Shown here in pieces: positions 1-8,253 of a stretch of 50,888 nt of DNA. Made by a program: the position numbers and the translations under genes. Origin of the DNA: a bacterium (lineage in GTDB: Bacteria > CLD3 > SB21). Under the pieces are notes generated by a model, which ran no database searches, was not told where the DNA came from, and saw nothing but the letters and a program-made list of their open reading frames with translations. Each line of letters begins with the position of its first letter. Positions within the stretch are counted from its first letter, which is position 1. The DNA is taken from assembly GCA_013360215.1 (NCBI GenBank), contig JABWCP010000008.1, positions 124,001-174,888 on the forward strand, read 5' to 3'.

Positions 1-740
1 GGTATTTCGATACCGAGATCCATCGCACGCCGATGACCGACGTCAATGATCGTACACGGCGCAGCACCGGGCTCCAAGCGGCCGATGAGAAAATCGGCAA
101 CTTGGGTAAGTGGTTTTTGCGTTGCAGAAATGCCTATCCGAGTCAACGGTCGGGAAACCAGCGATTGCAGGCGCTCGAGCGACAAGGCGAGATGCGATCC
201 GCGTTTACTGCCGACCAAGGCGTGGATTTCGTCCACGATAGCGATACGCGCGGATTGGAGCATCTTGCGACCACCGTCGCTGGTGAGCAAAACGTATAAT
301 GACTCCGGCGTAGTGACGAGAATATGCGGCGGCGACTTGAGCATGGCGGCACGTTCGCCTGCCGGTGTATCGCCCGTACGCACTTGCACACGTATCTCCA
401 CGCGGGGCAATCGCAGCGATTCCAATTCGTCCTGTATAGCCTGCAAAGGACGTTGAAGATTTTTTTCGATATCGTTGGAAAGCGCTTTGAGCGGAGATAC
501 GTACACGATGCGCGTTTCTTGCGGAAGCCCGCGTTCAAGGCCTTCGATGACTAAATCATTCACAATTGCAAGAAACCCGGCCAAGGTTTTACCGGAACCC
601 GTGGGTGCGGCGATCAGCGTATGCTTTTTTTCTACAATGGCAGCCCATGCCTGCGATTGGACTTCGGTCGGTTGCCGGTATTCACGGACAAACCAGCGTG
701 CAATGGCCGGATGAAAATTTCGCGGGATCGAAGCGTCCAT
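1..740 (-). CDS. lhr: Lhr-family ATP-dependent DEAD/DEAH-box helicase, N-terminal part (runs off the window start)
   Basis: Not in the ORF track. Manual translation from ATG at 740: [17 protein letters not shown]...PTEVQSQAW...[11 protein letters not shown] (Walker A)...[12 protein letters not shown]...VRTGDT...ILVTTPESL...VDEIH...KRGSHL...GISAT, the Lhr signature set. Confidence 0.93.
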   Translation of the reverse strand, partial: MDASIPRNFHPAIARWFVREYRQPTEVQSQAWAAIVEKKHTLIAAPTGSGKTLAGFLAIVNDLVIEGLERGLPQETRIVYVSPLKALSNDIEKNLQRPLQAIQDELESLRLPRVEIRVQVRTGDTPAGERAAMLKSPPHILVTTPESLYVLLTSDGGRKMLQSARIAIVDEIHALVGSKRGSHLALSLERLQSLVSRPLTRIGISATQKPLTQVADFLIGRLEPGAAPCTIIDVGHRRAMDLGIEI

Positions 741-799
741 AAAAAATACAATGCCATTTCTACATGGGGGTTTGCAAACGGTCGTTAACGGAAAACATG

Positions 800-1405
800 T
801 TAAGCGCGCTTTCGCGCATAAACATTAGCCGATTTCCTGCGGTTACCGCAGGTTTTCATACTGCACCACCGCCGCGTTTTGTTTTTTCCTTGGTCGTAAA
901 AAAACAAACGGCATCGGGGATTCGCACACTGTTTTATGCGCGACGGATCGCCGGATTCCAAGAGGTCAACCAACGAAACGGCTAGGGGTACTACAAAATG
1001 TTCCGGCGATTGGAATGCGTACGCGGCTTGTTTTTTAAAACCCGACGGCGATTCCTCAAGCCGTAGCACCATGCCTCCGGATGACAAAATAAAATTTATC
1101 TCATCCGTGGCCGTTTTCGGTACAGGTTTATGTGCCATGATACAGCTTAACACTTCAAAACATACCCGCCGAAATTTATGAACTTTTCGCAACACGGCTT
1201 CGGATTCGGGTGAATGGGTCCATATGCGATTCAGTTCATTACGACGCGCATGCGTGAGTATACCCGCCTCCTCCATCCATACCAAAATATCTTTGTTATG
1301 CTGCAATGTTTCTACAGTGCTGTTTTTCTGAAGATACACCGTATTGACAAAATCCATTACGGTATGACCGCCTAAAAAAATAAAAGATGGGGATGCGTTT
1401 TTCAT
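800..1405 (-). CDS. ABATE/CGNR zinc-finger domain putative transcriptional regulator
   Basis: N-terminal GGHxxxDFVNT motif; C-terminal [12 protein letters not shown]...[14 protein letters not shown]. Confidence 0.9.
   Translation of the reverse strand: MKNASPSFIFLGGHTVMDFVNTVYLQKNSTVETLQHNKDILVWMEEAGILTHARRNELNRIWTHSPESEAVLRKVHKFRRVCFEVLSCIMAHKPVPKTATDEINFILSSGGMVLRLEESPSGFKKQAAYAFQSPEHFVVPLAVSLVDLLESGDPSRIKQCANPRCRLFFYDQGKNKTRRWCSMKTCGNRRKSANVYARKRA
1365..1395 (+). repeat. Direct repeat copy 1 (31 bp, inside the 5' end of the CGNR gene), att-like island boundary
   Basis: TGACCGCCTAAAAAAATAAAAGATGGGGATG; matches 5680-5709 except for one extra A in the A-run. Confidence 0.9.
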
Positions 1406-1944
1406 TTGTGATCTTTGAAAATATGTGATCAGATAGCCAATTTTCGCAGTTTGATACGAGTGTATGTCAAAGTTTACGTTAAGAAAAAACTATGGACGAA
1501 AACAATCGAGTACCACCAATTAATCGTAGCATGAAACCGAACCTAATGTAATCGGTTATCAACTATGCATTTTAAACATAGTTGTTCATTGATCAGTTTA
1601 AGCAGTGCGTTCCTATTGTACAAGGCATTTTACTACGCTTCGCTCGTGATATTACAGTCTAATATGAAATACTATTTGGGGAAATATTAATCGACGTGAT
1701 CTTTATCGTGTTTTACGATAATTTAGAATAAGCTTGAGGTTGGGGCGCATACTTACAGTCCTGTAAAAAAGAAAATTGTTTTAGTTAATTAATCCTTCAT
1801 TTTTAAACAACAAATACTCTATAGGCACCAAAGAGAAAATAGAATTAACATCGTGTGTATATATCTAAAATGAGATTTATAGAAAGCAATCTGAATCAAA
1901 CCTTACAAGACAGCCGCAATGGCGATTTTATTTTCTTCACTTTC

Positions 1945-2895
1945 TCATTCGCATTCACAAGAATCCCTCAAAACTTTCACTACAAAGTTTGTCTTCACCG
2001 AATTATATGCACCGAAATAACCGGCTATCTTATCGCCGTCCTCATCCGTGATATTCGAACGATACGTAATAGGTGCATAATAACGCCAATACCTCATAGA
2101 ATCCCAAACCGCCGGCTCAATACTTGTCGTTTCTCGCATACCCCATGCCCGCGTAAGATTGGTGTCCAGCGCCATGGATGTCCAGGGAATACTGAAGTAT
2201 GAAATTCCTCCGCACTTACTAATTATGATAGGAGCGGCTGCACGGTTTGATGACCATAGTTGCACTATATCCTCTTCGTTACCATAAAGATATGGCATAC
2301 GAAAGCGATAGACATAACCATCCGTAACTACACTACCACTGACAAACGTTTCCCCATAACATATGCTTGATTGAGGAGTTTCTTTTTTGGGATAAGATAG
2401 AACTGTGTCACCTACGGATATATTATTGATCGTAATATCACCGGGTACTTTTACAATTCCCTGATACGTTTTCCCTCCCGATCTTTTAACAAGCAGTGCA
2501 CAAGTCTGTTGACCGTAAACGTGAAGCGCGTCCGCCACATCCCGGTAGGTGCCTTTGCCGACATGCTCCAACCGGACAGTCTGATCGCCTGCCGTGATAT
2601 AGACCTCCGCATCGTCATGGTAGGTAAGCAGAGCTTGATACTCATCCACAAACGCGCGCAGTTGTATTCGCATCATATGATCCTGCAAATTGGCAGCGTC
2701 CGTCGAGTCCGGAAAAATAGTGTGGAGTCGTCCGACGAAAACCTCTATCGGAAATTCACGATCTTCATCCGGCGCTACATGCGCCACGACCAATTCATAG
2801 TCCTTATCAAGGCGCCCTTCGTAGGGTTTTGCCTTATGATCCGTACAACCGAAGCTACTTAAAAGCAATACAATAGAGGCTACTAGCTTCGACAT
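1945..2895 (-). CDS. Predicted lipoprotein, DUF4249-like; paralog of 2912-3883
   Basis: Likely start MSKLVASIVLLLSSFGC (lipobox; the ORF track extends to 2934). C-terminal SNITD...IAGYFGAY resembles the DUF4249 C-terminus. Ends DSCECE. Confidence 0.7.
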   Translation of the reverse strand: MSKLVASIVLLLSSFGCTDHKAKPYEGRLDKDYELVVAHVAPDEDREFPIEVFVGRLHTIFPDSTDAANLQDHMMRIQLRAFVDEYQALLTYHDDAEVYITAGDQTVRLEHVGKGTYRDVADALHVYGQQTCALLVKRSGGKTYQGIVKVPGDITINNISVGDTVLSYPKKETPQSSICYGETFVSGSVVTDGYVYRFRMPYLYGNEEDIVQLWSSNRAAAPIIISKCGGISYFSIPWTSMALDTNLTRAWGMRETTSIEPAVWDSMRYWRYYAPITYRSNITDEDGDKIAGYFGAYNSVKTNFVVKVLRDSCECE

Positions 2896-2911
2896 GGATG
2901 CCTTATCTAGC

Positions 2912-3883
2912 TTAATCGCATGTACAAGAATCATTCATTGCCTTTACGACAAAGTTAATACTTACTGAATTATATGACCCAAAATATCCTGCAATTTTTT
3001 TTCCTTTTTGATCGGTAATATTCGACCGATCTGTTATAGGAGCGTCATACTTCCAGTAACTCACCGTATCAATCATATCATCACGTGCGCCGGTTGTTTC
3101 ACCGAGGCCCCAGGCATGGGATAGCACTGTATCAAAAGCCGTAGAAGTCCACCAAATGTTATTTGCATATGATGCTTCTTCGCAATTATTAAGTGTATGT
3201 GGACAGCCAAAGGAATTAATAAATTCCAAGAAGACTATGCGTTCGTCAAAGTTGTGACTATTATCAACTTGTTGCGAACGATAAAATAAAGCTCCATCCA
3301 CTTGAGGTCCAATGATTCTTGGTGAACCAAAACAAAGTTGAGATGATTTTCTTCTTTTTAAATATGATACTATTGTATCTCCGCCTTGCACACTGCTGAG
3401 TGATATACTACCTGGAACTTTAGCGAATGCCTGGTAAGTTTTGCCCTTAGGCCGAATAACTTTGAGAGAACAAGTTTGAAGGTTAGAGATATGGAGTGCA
3501 TTGGCGATGTCCCGATATGTACCTCTACCTACATATTGAAGCTCCACGGTTTGATCGCCTGCCGTGATAAAAACCTGAGCATCATCATGATAGGATAAGG
3601 TTGCCAAGTATTCGTTTTGAAACTGCCGAAGCTGAATCTTGAGCAGTGGTTCCTGAATACTGGCGTTATTCAAAGTATCAGGGCGAGGCACTAGTAGGCG
3701 ACCCACAAAAACTTCGATCGGATAGGTTCGATCTTCGTCGGGCATAACATGGCCGATCACAAACTCATAATCTTTGTCAAGTTTTCGGCGTAATGATGGT
3801 TTTTCGTCGTGTTCGTCGAGGCAGCCAATGCACCCTGAGAAAACAACAACGCTCTGAATAAAAACTAAAAAAAGATTTTTCAT
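2912..3883 (-). CDS. Predicted lipoprotein, DUF4249-like; paralog of 1945-2895
   Basis: Start MKNLFLVFIQSVVVFSGC (lipobox). Shares LDKDYE, PDEDR-PIEVFVGRL, YHDDA-V-ITAGDQTV, GTYRD, APIT-RSNITD and KIAGYFG with the downstream gene. Ends DSCTCD. Confidence 0.7.
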   Translation of the reverse strand: MKNLFLVFIQSVVVFSGCIGCLDEHDEKPSLRRKLDKDYEFVIGHVMPDEDRTYPIEVFVGRLLVPRPDTLNNASIQEPLLKIQLRQFQNEYLATLSYHDDAQVFITAGDQTVELQYVGRGTYRDIANALHISNLQTCSLKVIRPKGKTYQAFAKVPGSISLSSVQGGDTIVSYLKRRKSSQLCFGSPRIIGPQVDGALFYRSQQVDNSHNFDERIVFLEFINSFGCPHTLNNCEEASYANNIWWTSTAFDTVLSHAWGLGETTGARDDMIDTVSYWKYDAPITDRSNITDQKGKKIAGYFGSYNSVSINFVVKAMNDSCTCD

Positions 3884-3900
3884 TTTGTTGTCCAAAATTA

Positions 3901-3935
3901 GTGGGCTACCCGAATATTACTTCTAGATAGCCCAT
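3901..3935 (-). terminator. Intercistronic stem-loop (weak terminator or mRNA stabiliser)
   Basis: Minus-strand RNA UGGGCUAUCUAGAA-GUAAUA-UUCGGGUAGCCCA, followed by a short U-rich run. Confidence 0.5.
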
Positions 3936-3960
3936 ACTTAGAATGATCTTTCAATGAATC

Positions 3961-5118
3961 TTAATATACCAATTGAATCATCCACCAATCCATATCGGTA
4001 AGACCTACACCGACGGTATTAAATGAACTTTCACCATCGTTAGTTCTTTGCGCTAAGTTAGCTTCACTGATATTTCTAATCCCCCCGTGCTGATAGCGGT
4101 CATCATTGACCGAATTATACACATCTACTTTGTACCCTTGATTTTGTGTGACCATCGATGTCGGATCAGCCATATCATAAAAATCTGTTTGTGTATATAC
4201 TACGGCATTAGCGCCTTCAGTTCTGTTATATTTCCCCTGCACATAAGTATGATTTGATTGATCTGCTTCGATCGCTACCATACGAAGTGATGTTGAAAGG
4301 TTATCAACTCTAACAAGAGCTATCTCTTCATTCGGATCCACTTCGTATGCTTCTTTGTCATTAATGTCCAGATAATACCTATATACTCCAGCCGCATCTA
4401 AATGATTGCCTCCATCAAAAATATGCGTCGTAGTGCTAGCTATTGTCGTTGAATTGGGATCATTATATGAAAAGTACACTTCAAACTCTTCTTCACTTGC
4501 ATCCTCTTTGTTTTTTAAGTCAATTTTCTTGAAGGCCATATATGTCCCAGCAATAGGCGTGGAGGCTGATTTTGCCAGATTGATTTGATCATCATTACTT
4601 TCTTTAATAAAGAAAATTGTTTCATTTGTTGGATTCTTAGGATCTATGGTGATAGTAGTTTCCGTTATCGAGTTTCCATCATAATAAAAGGCTGGTTCTT
4701 CTATTACAGGCAACCCTGTTTCTTCCTCCTGTACATCTTCGGGAAAATGATAGACATCGGGATCAAGCCCAACATAATACGTTGTTGAAGTAGCTCCCTT
4801 AGCCATCACATTCGCTTGAGACTTGGAATACAACTCAATCTCAACTGGAAAGTTATAATGACTTGTTTTTGAAAGAACGGAACTGGAAGGCAACTCATTG
4901 AGTCGAATACTACTTTTACTTAATTTTGTAATAGTTTCTTGCGTAATCCATGAAGGATCGGCAGCTAAAATGCTAGCTATTTCATTGAGCGCTTCACGCG
5001 TAAGCGAAACATCGTTGTCATATTGAGCGCCTTTATCTTCATTCGCTTTTTCCTGACACGCCATCGTCCATACCATAAAAAGGCAGATCGGGACGATTTT
5101 CCATTTTGATGTTTTCAT
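3961..5118 (-). CDS. Hypothetical acidic lipoprotein
   Basis: Likely start MKTSKWKIVPICLFMVWTMAC (lipobox) with GGAG RBS at 5127-5130; long open frame with no family I recognise. Confidence 0.7.
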   Translation of the reverse strand: MKTSKWKIVPICLFMVWTMACQEKANEDKGAQYDNDVSLTREALNEIASILAADPSWITQETITKLSKSSIRLNELPSSSVLSKTSHYNFPVEIELYSKSQANVMAKGATSTTYYVGLDPDVYHFPEDVQEEETGLPVIEEPAFYYDGNSITETTITIDPKNPTNETIFFIKESNDDQINLAKSASTPIAGTYMAFKKIDLKNKEDASEEEFEVYFSYNDPNSTTIASTTTHIFDGGNHLDAAGVYRYYLDINDKEAYEVDPNEEIALVRVDNLSTSLRMVAIEADQSNHTYVQGKYNRTEGANAVVYTQTDFYDMADPTSMVTQNQGYKVDVYNSVNDDRYQHGGIRNISEANLAQRTNDGESSFNTVGVGLTDMDWWMIQLVY

Positions 5119-5382
5119 TTGTAAGACTCCCTTTAGAAAAATTTGGGGAAACAAATGATTGCTAATCCATTTGTGATATATTAGATTGGCAACGGGAAGA
5201 TCATATTACTTTATGATTCAATGCCCCAAGCGCTGAATTTGGTAATATGCATCTTCCTTTTTTGTTTCGGTTGTGAAAAAATTAATTGGACCGACTGCTA
5301 TCTTTGTAAATTGCGAATGCCCTCACCTCCTTTTTTTTGGAATTTCAAAGTCATACCAACTTCAATTCAACTCAATCATCGA

Positions 5383-5471
5383 GCTTAGATGGCTTAGATG
5401 GCTTAGATGGCTTAGATGGCTTAGATGGCTTAGATGGCTTAGATGGCTTAGATGGCTTAGATGGCTTAGAT
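5383..5471 (+). repeat. 9-bp tandem repeat (GCTTAGATG) x9 plus 8 bp
   Basis: Perfect tandem copies read directly from the sequence. Confidence 0.98.
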
Positions 5472-5551
5472 ATTCCCTATAATACCCATAATATATCCTA
5501 CGATAAGAATATAACAAAAAAAGCAGCTGAAATCTGTAGGTATTTTACTGA

Positions 5552-5582
5552 AAATCTTGTAGGTAATTTACCTACAAGATTT
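5552..5582. promoter_or_regulatory. Perfect 31-bp palindrome, putative regulator binding site
   Basis: AAATCTTGTAGGTAA-T-TTACCTACAAGATTT; a degenerate half copy (AAATCTGTAGGTATTTTAC) lies at 5530-5548. Confidence 0.6.
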
Positions 5583-5679
5583 CGCTAAGAGTAAAAAAAT
5601 CAACAAAAACAGATAGCCTTTCAAAAATATTTCATAGGTTACAAAAACAATCTCTCCTGCTGATTTGCTAAAGAGTCAG

Positions 5680-5719
5680 TGACCGCCTAAAAAATAAAAG
5701 ATGGGGATGATGTAGTCAT
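5680..5719 (-). pseudogene. Direct repeat copy 2: orphaned 5' end of the CGNR gene
   Basis: ATG at 5719 reads MTTSSPSFIF*, versus [14 protein letters not shown] in the intact gene; a 1-nt deletion in the T-run creates the stop. Confidence 0.8.
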
Positions 5720-5918
5720 ATAAAATCTTCAGCGAGGTTCTAAACTTCTATATGTATCAATTTTTTTACACCCTGCATTCTTACAGGAAATTCGTTAGAT
5801 TGACTTTCCATAAGGCATTACGGTTAGCTCAACTCGTGCCTTTAAAATAATACATACAATTTCAAAATAATTATTTAATTTTAGTTAACCGACCTTACGT
5901 ATATCAAGAGATCTTTAC

Positions 5919-6260
5919 ATGGAAACATCATCCTTATTTACCATCATCGCCGCATTTCTCTCGCAATCACCCATTGTCGTCGTATGGATTGTCGGCGCGG
6001 TATTGGCTTATCGGCAAAAGCCTGTTTATCCGCGAAAATCGCTGTTGATCATTATTGCCATGTTGCTTTTTCTCGGCCAACTTTTTATTAACACCATTCT
6101 TAATATCGTATTCCCGATGATGTGGGATACCCAGCAACTGCTCCTGAGCTACAACGTCAAAGCGATGGTTACATCCATGATCATGACGGCGGGCTGGATT
6201 TTGATTATGATGGCGTTATTTATGAAGGAAAAATCCCGTGACGGATTCGGACAAAACTGA
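5919..6260 (+). CDS. Small hypothetical integral membrane protein (about 3 TM)
   Basis: 113 aa with three hydrophobic stretches; AAGAG upstream. Confidence 0.75.
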   Translation: METSSLFTIIAAFLSQSPIVVVWIVGAVLAYRQKPVYPRKSLLIIIAMLLFLGQLFINTILNIVFPMMWDTQQLLLSYNVKAMVTSMIMTAGWILIMMALFMKEKSRDGFGQN

Positions 6261-6266
6261 GAAAAT

Positions 6267-7046
6267 TTACCGGATCGCGAGAAAAGGTTCCAAGGTTTGT
6301 AAGCGCTCGTCGTTTTTATAATATACCCGTTCTAAAAACAATCCCGACGGCGGCGCCGTGAGACGCGCCAGTGACGGCGACGTTTGACGAAAAAGGCCTG
6401 CGATATCGCCCGGCTTCATATTACCGCGCCCGACTTCCGCCAGTATTCCCGTTATCTGACGCACCATCTTCCACAAAAAATGAGAACCGACGACCCGTAT
6501 CAAAATAAGATCACCCCGCGACTCGATGCGCAGTTCTTCCAGGTTCACTTTGGTTGAATCGGCCTCCCCGTCTTTGGCCGCAAAGTTTTTGAAATCTTTG
6601 AGCCCGACAAAAAAACGGGACGCCTCTTGCATCCGGGCAAGATCAAGTTCGTCTTTGATCCACCACACAAAACGTTTTCCGAACGCACTGCGACGACGGG
6701 AAATCTGATAGAGATAGCTCCGCGCGACGGCATCATGACGCGCGTGAAATGACCCCGGCGCTTTTTCGATTTGTTTGATGTGAATATCGTGCGGCAGACG
6801 ATCATTGACCGCGAGGCGAAATTTATACGGATCCAGAACGGTCGTACAATCCAGGTGGGCCACTTGGTGCAGTGCATGCACGCCGCTGTCCGTTCGTCCC
6901 GCGCCCTGAAAATCAAAATTTTTGTTTCGCAGCTCTTCCGTGATCGCGTACATCAGCGTGCCCTGGACAGTATGTGTATCTTTCTGCACTTGCCAGCCGC
7001 TATACCGCGTGCCTTCGTATTCGAGCGTGAGTTTGTATCGGGGCAT
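6267..7046 (-). CDS. truA: tRNA pseudouridine(38-40) synthase
   Basis: YEGTRYSGWQ, GAGRTDSGVHA, FHAR, FLWKMVR and TAPPSGLFL motifs. Confidence 0.97.
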   Translation of the reverse strand: MPRYKLTLEYEGTRYSGWQVQKDTHTVQGTLMYAITEELRNKNFDFQGAGRTDSGVHALHQVAHLDCTTVLDPYKFRLAVNDRLPHDIHIKQIEKAPGSFHARHDAVARSYLYQISRRRSAFGKRFVWWIKDELDLARMQEASRFFVGLKDFKNFAAKDGEADSTKVNLEELRIESRGDLILIRVVGSHFLWKMVRQITGILAEVGRGNMKPGDIAGLFRQTSPSLARLTAPPSGLFLERVYYKNDERLQTLEPFLAIR

Positions 7047-7247
7047 GATTTAAACAAGAAATTGCAAATCAATATCTATTGGATCGTGATTCGCATAAGG
7101 AAGGAATTCGGGACACGAAATTGTCATTAACCACTCAACTTGAAAAATAATAAAGATTTAAACTTGCTCGTGATATGCTGAGTTTGTCGAAGTATCACCA
7201 CGCTAGACGCAATATCCGAGTTGTATGAAACCTCGGTTTCTATATCT

Positions 7248-8252
7248 CTATAATTTTTTGTTTAAAAAAAGAACTTCAGAAGGTTTCCAACCGGTCGCAT
7301 TTCGGTCAGCGAGTTCAAGCCAACGTTTTATTCTTTTGTTAGGCGGAACAGATTCTTTCCAATACTCTACAAATAAAGCGTCTTCCATTGTTTTTGCGGC
7401 ATTTATCATTTCATCTTCAATGTCTGATAACGCCCTGTGAATATACAATCCACCTCGAATACTGTCAGAAGCCATTGCAACACTTCCTGCTGAAAATAAA
7501 TCTCTTGCTTGGGAAGCCAAAACACCGTGATAAGTTAATAAATACATAGCAACATCATTGTATTTATTTTTCACACGCGAACCCGCAACAATTTTCGGAC
7601 ACAATAAAGATGCTTCTGCTCTCAGCTTCCTTTTTTCTGATTGCGAAAGCTCCGTGTATAGTCTAACCTGAATAGGCAAAGTGTGTTCTTGTTCGGGTTT
7701 TTCTTCTATCCACCAAAGACGTTCGCCTTCTTTTAATCTTGCCTTTGCGTATTCTCTGATATAACGCATTTTCTTTTCAATTGGTAAAACAGAAAAGTCA
7801 TCGTATGAAATTTTCATTTGCTCAAATAATGAAGATTTCGCGTCTATTTCTAATTCAAACCTCGGAACATGCGATGTCCTAACGTGAATTACGCACTCCT
7901 GATATGATTGCCATTTTACCTCCGGCAAACCACCCATTTTACCAAACACAACATAAATAAATACAACCTCTTTGTTTCGGAATGTTTCAAATACACTGTT
8001 AGCAACACTTCTCCAATTATCTTTTTCTGTGAATTTTACTTCTATTCCGTACTCTCCAACGGCAATATCGGGAAATGCATAAGGGTGCGGATTGTAATCT
8101 ATTTCAACTTTACTATCTGTGATAAGAGTTTTAAGAATGTCTCTTACCCTATTCTCAAATACTTTTGACGAAGAAAATACATTTTTTTGCGCTTCGTACG
8201 TTAATTGTTGCGCCAATTTGTTAAGAATATCTTCAAATTCTTTTTTTTTCAT
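7248..8252 (-). CDS. Putative type II restriction endonuclease (PD-(D/E)xK)
   Basis: FPDIAVGEYGIEVK catalytic motif; starts 1 nt after the C5-MTase stop; AT-rich. Confidence 0.8.
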   Translation of the reverse strand: MKKKEFEDILNKLAQQLTYEAQKNVFSSSKVFENRVRDILKTLITDSKVEIDYNPHPYAFPDIAVGEYGIEVKFTEKDNWRSVANSVFETFRNKEVVFIYVVFGKMGGLPEVKWQSYQECVIHVRTSHVPRFELEIDAKSSLFEQMKISYDDFSVLPIEKKMRYIREYAKARLKEGERLWWIEEKPEQEHTLPIQVRLYTELSQSEKRKLRAEASLLCPKIVAGSRVKNKYNDVAMYLLTYHGVLASQARDLFSAGSVAMASDSIRGGLYIHRALSDIEDEMINAAKTMEDALFVEYWKESVPPNKRIKRWLELADRNATGWKPSEVLFLNKKL

Positions 8253-8253
8253 C

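Larger units (their letters stand above)
1396..5679. mobile_element. Putative integrase-less genomic islet carrying three lipoprotein genes
   Basis: Bounded by the 30/31-bp direct repeat and visibly AT-richer than the flanking lhr and truA genes; no recombinase ORF inside. Confidence 0.6.

Noticed and set aside
33-714. Several plus- and minus-strand ORFs in the ORF track
   Set aside because: They are shadow frames of the lhr gene. The same applies to the many short ORFs overlapping priA, eno, rsmF and other long genes.
1945-3883. Diversity-generating retroelement TR/VR pair
   Set aside because: The differences between the paralogs are not adenine-specific, and no reverse transcriptase is present.
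5383-5471. CRISPR array
   Set aside because: The units are contiguous with no spacers, and there are no cas genes.
5273-5588. ORFs with (LRW)n and (LDG)n repeats
   Set aside because: They are translations of the 9-bp tandem repeat, have no credible RBS, and lie opposite to the cassette orientation.
5821-5840. tRNA-like start CGGTTAGCTCAACTCG
   Set aside because: No anticodon arm, T-loop (GTTCG) or acceptor stem follows.
1642-7176. Shared 11-mer GCTCGTGATAT at 1642 and 7166
   Set aside because: 11-bp matches are expected by chance in 50 kb, and the flanks do not extend the match.
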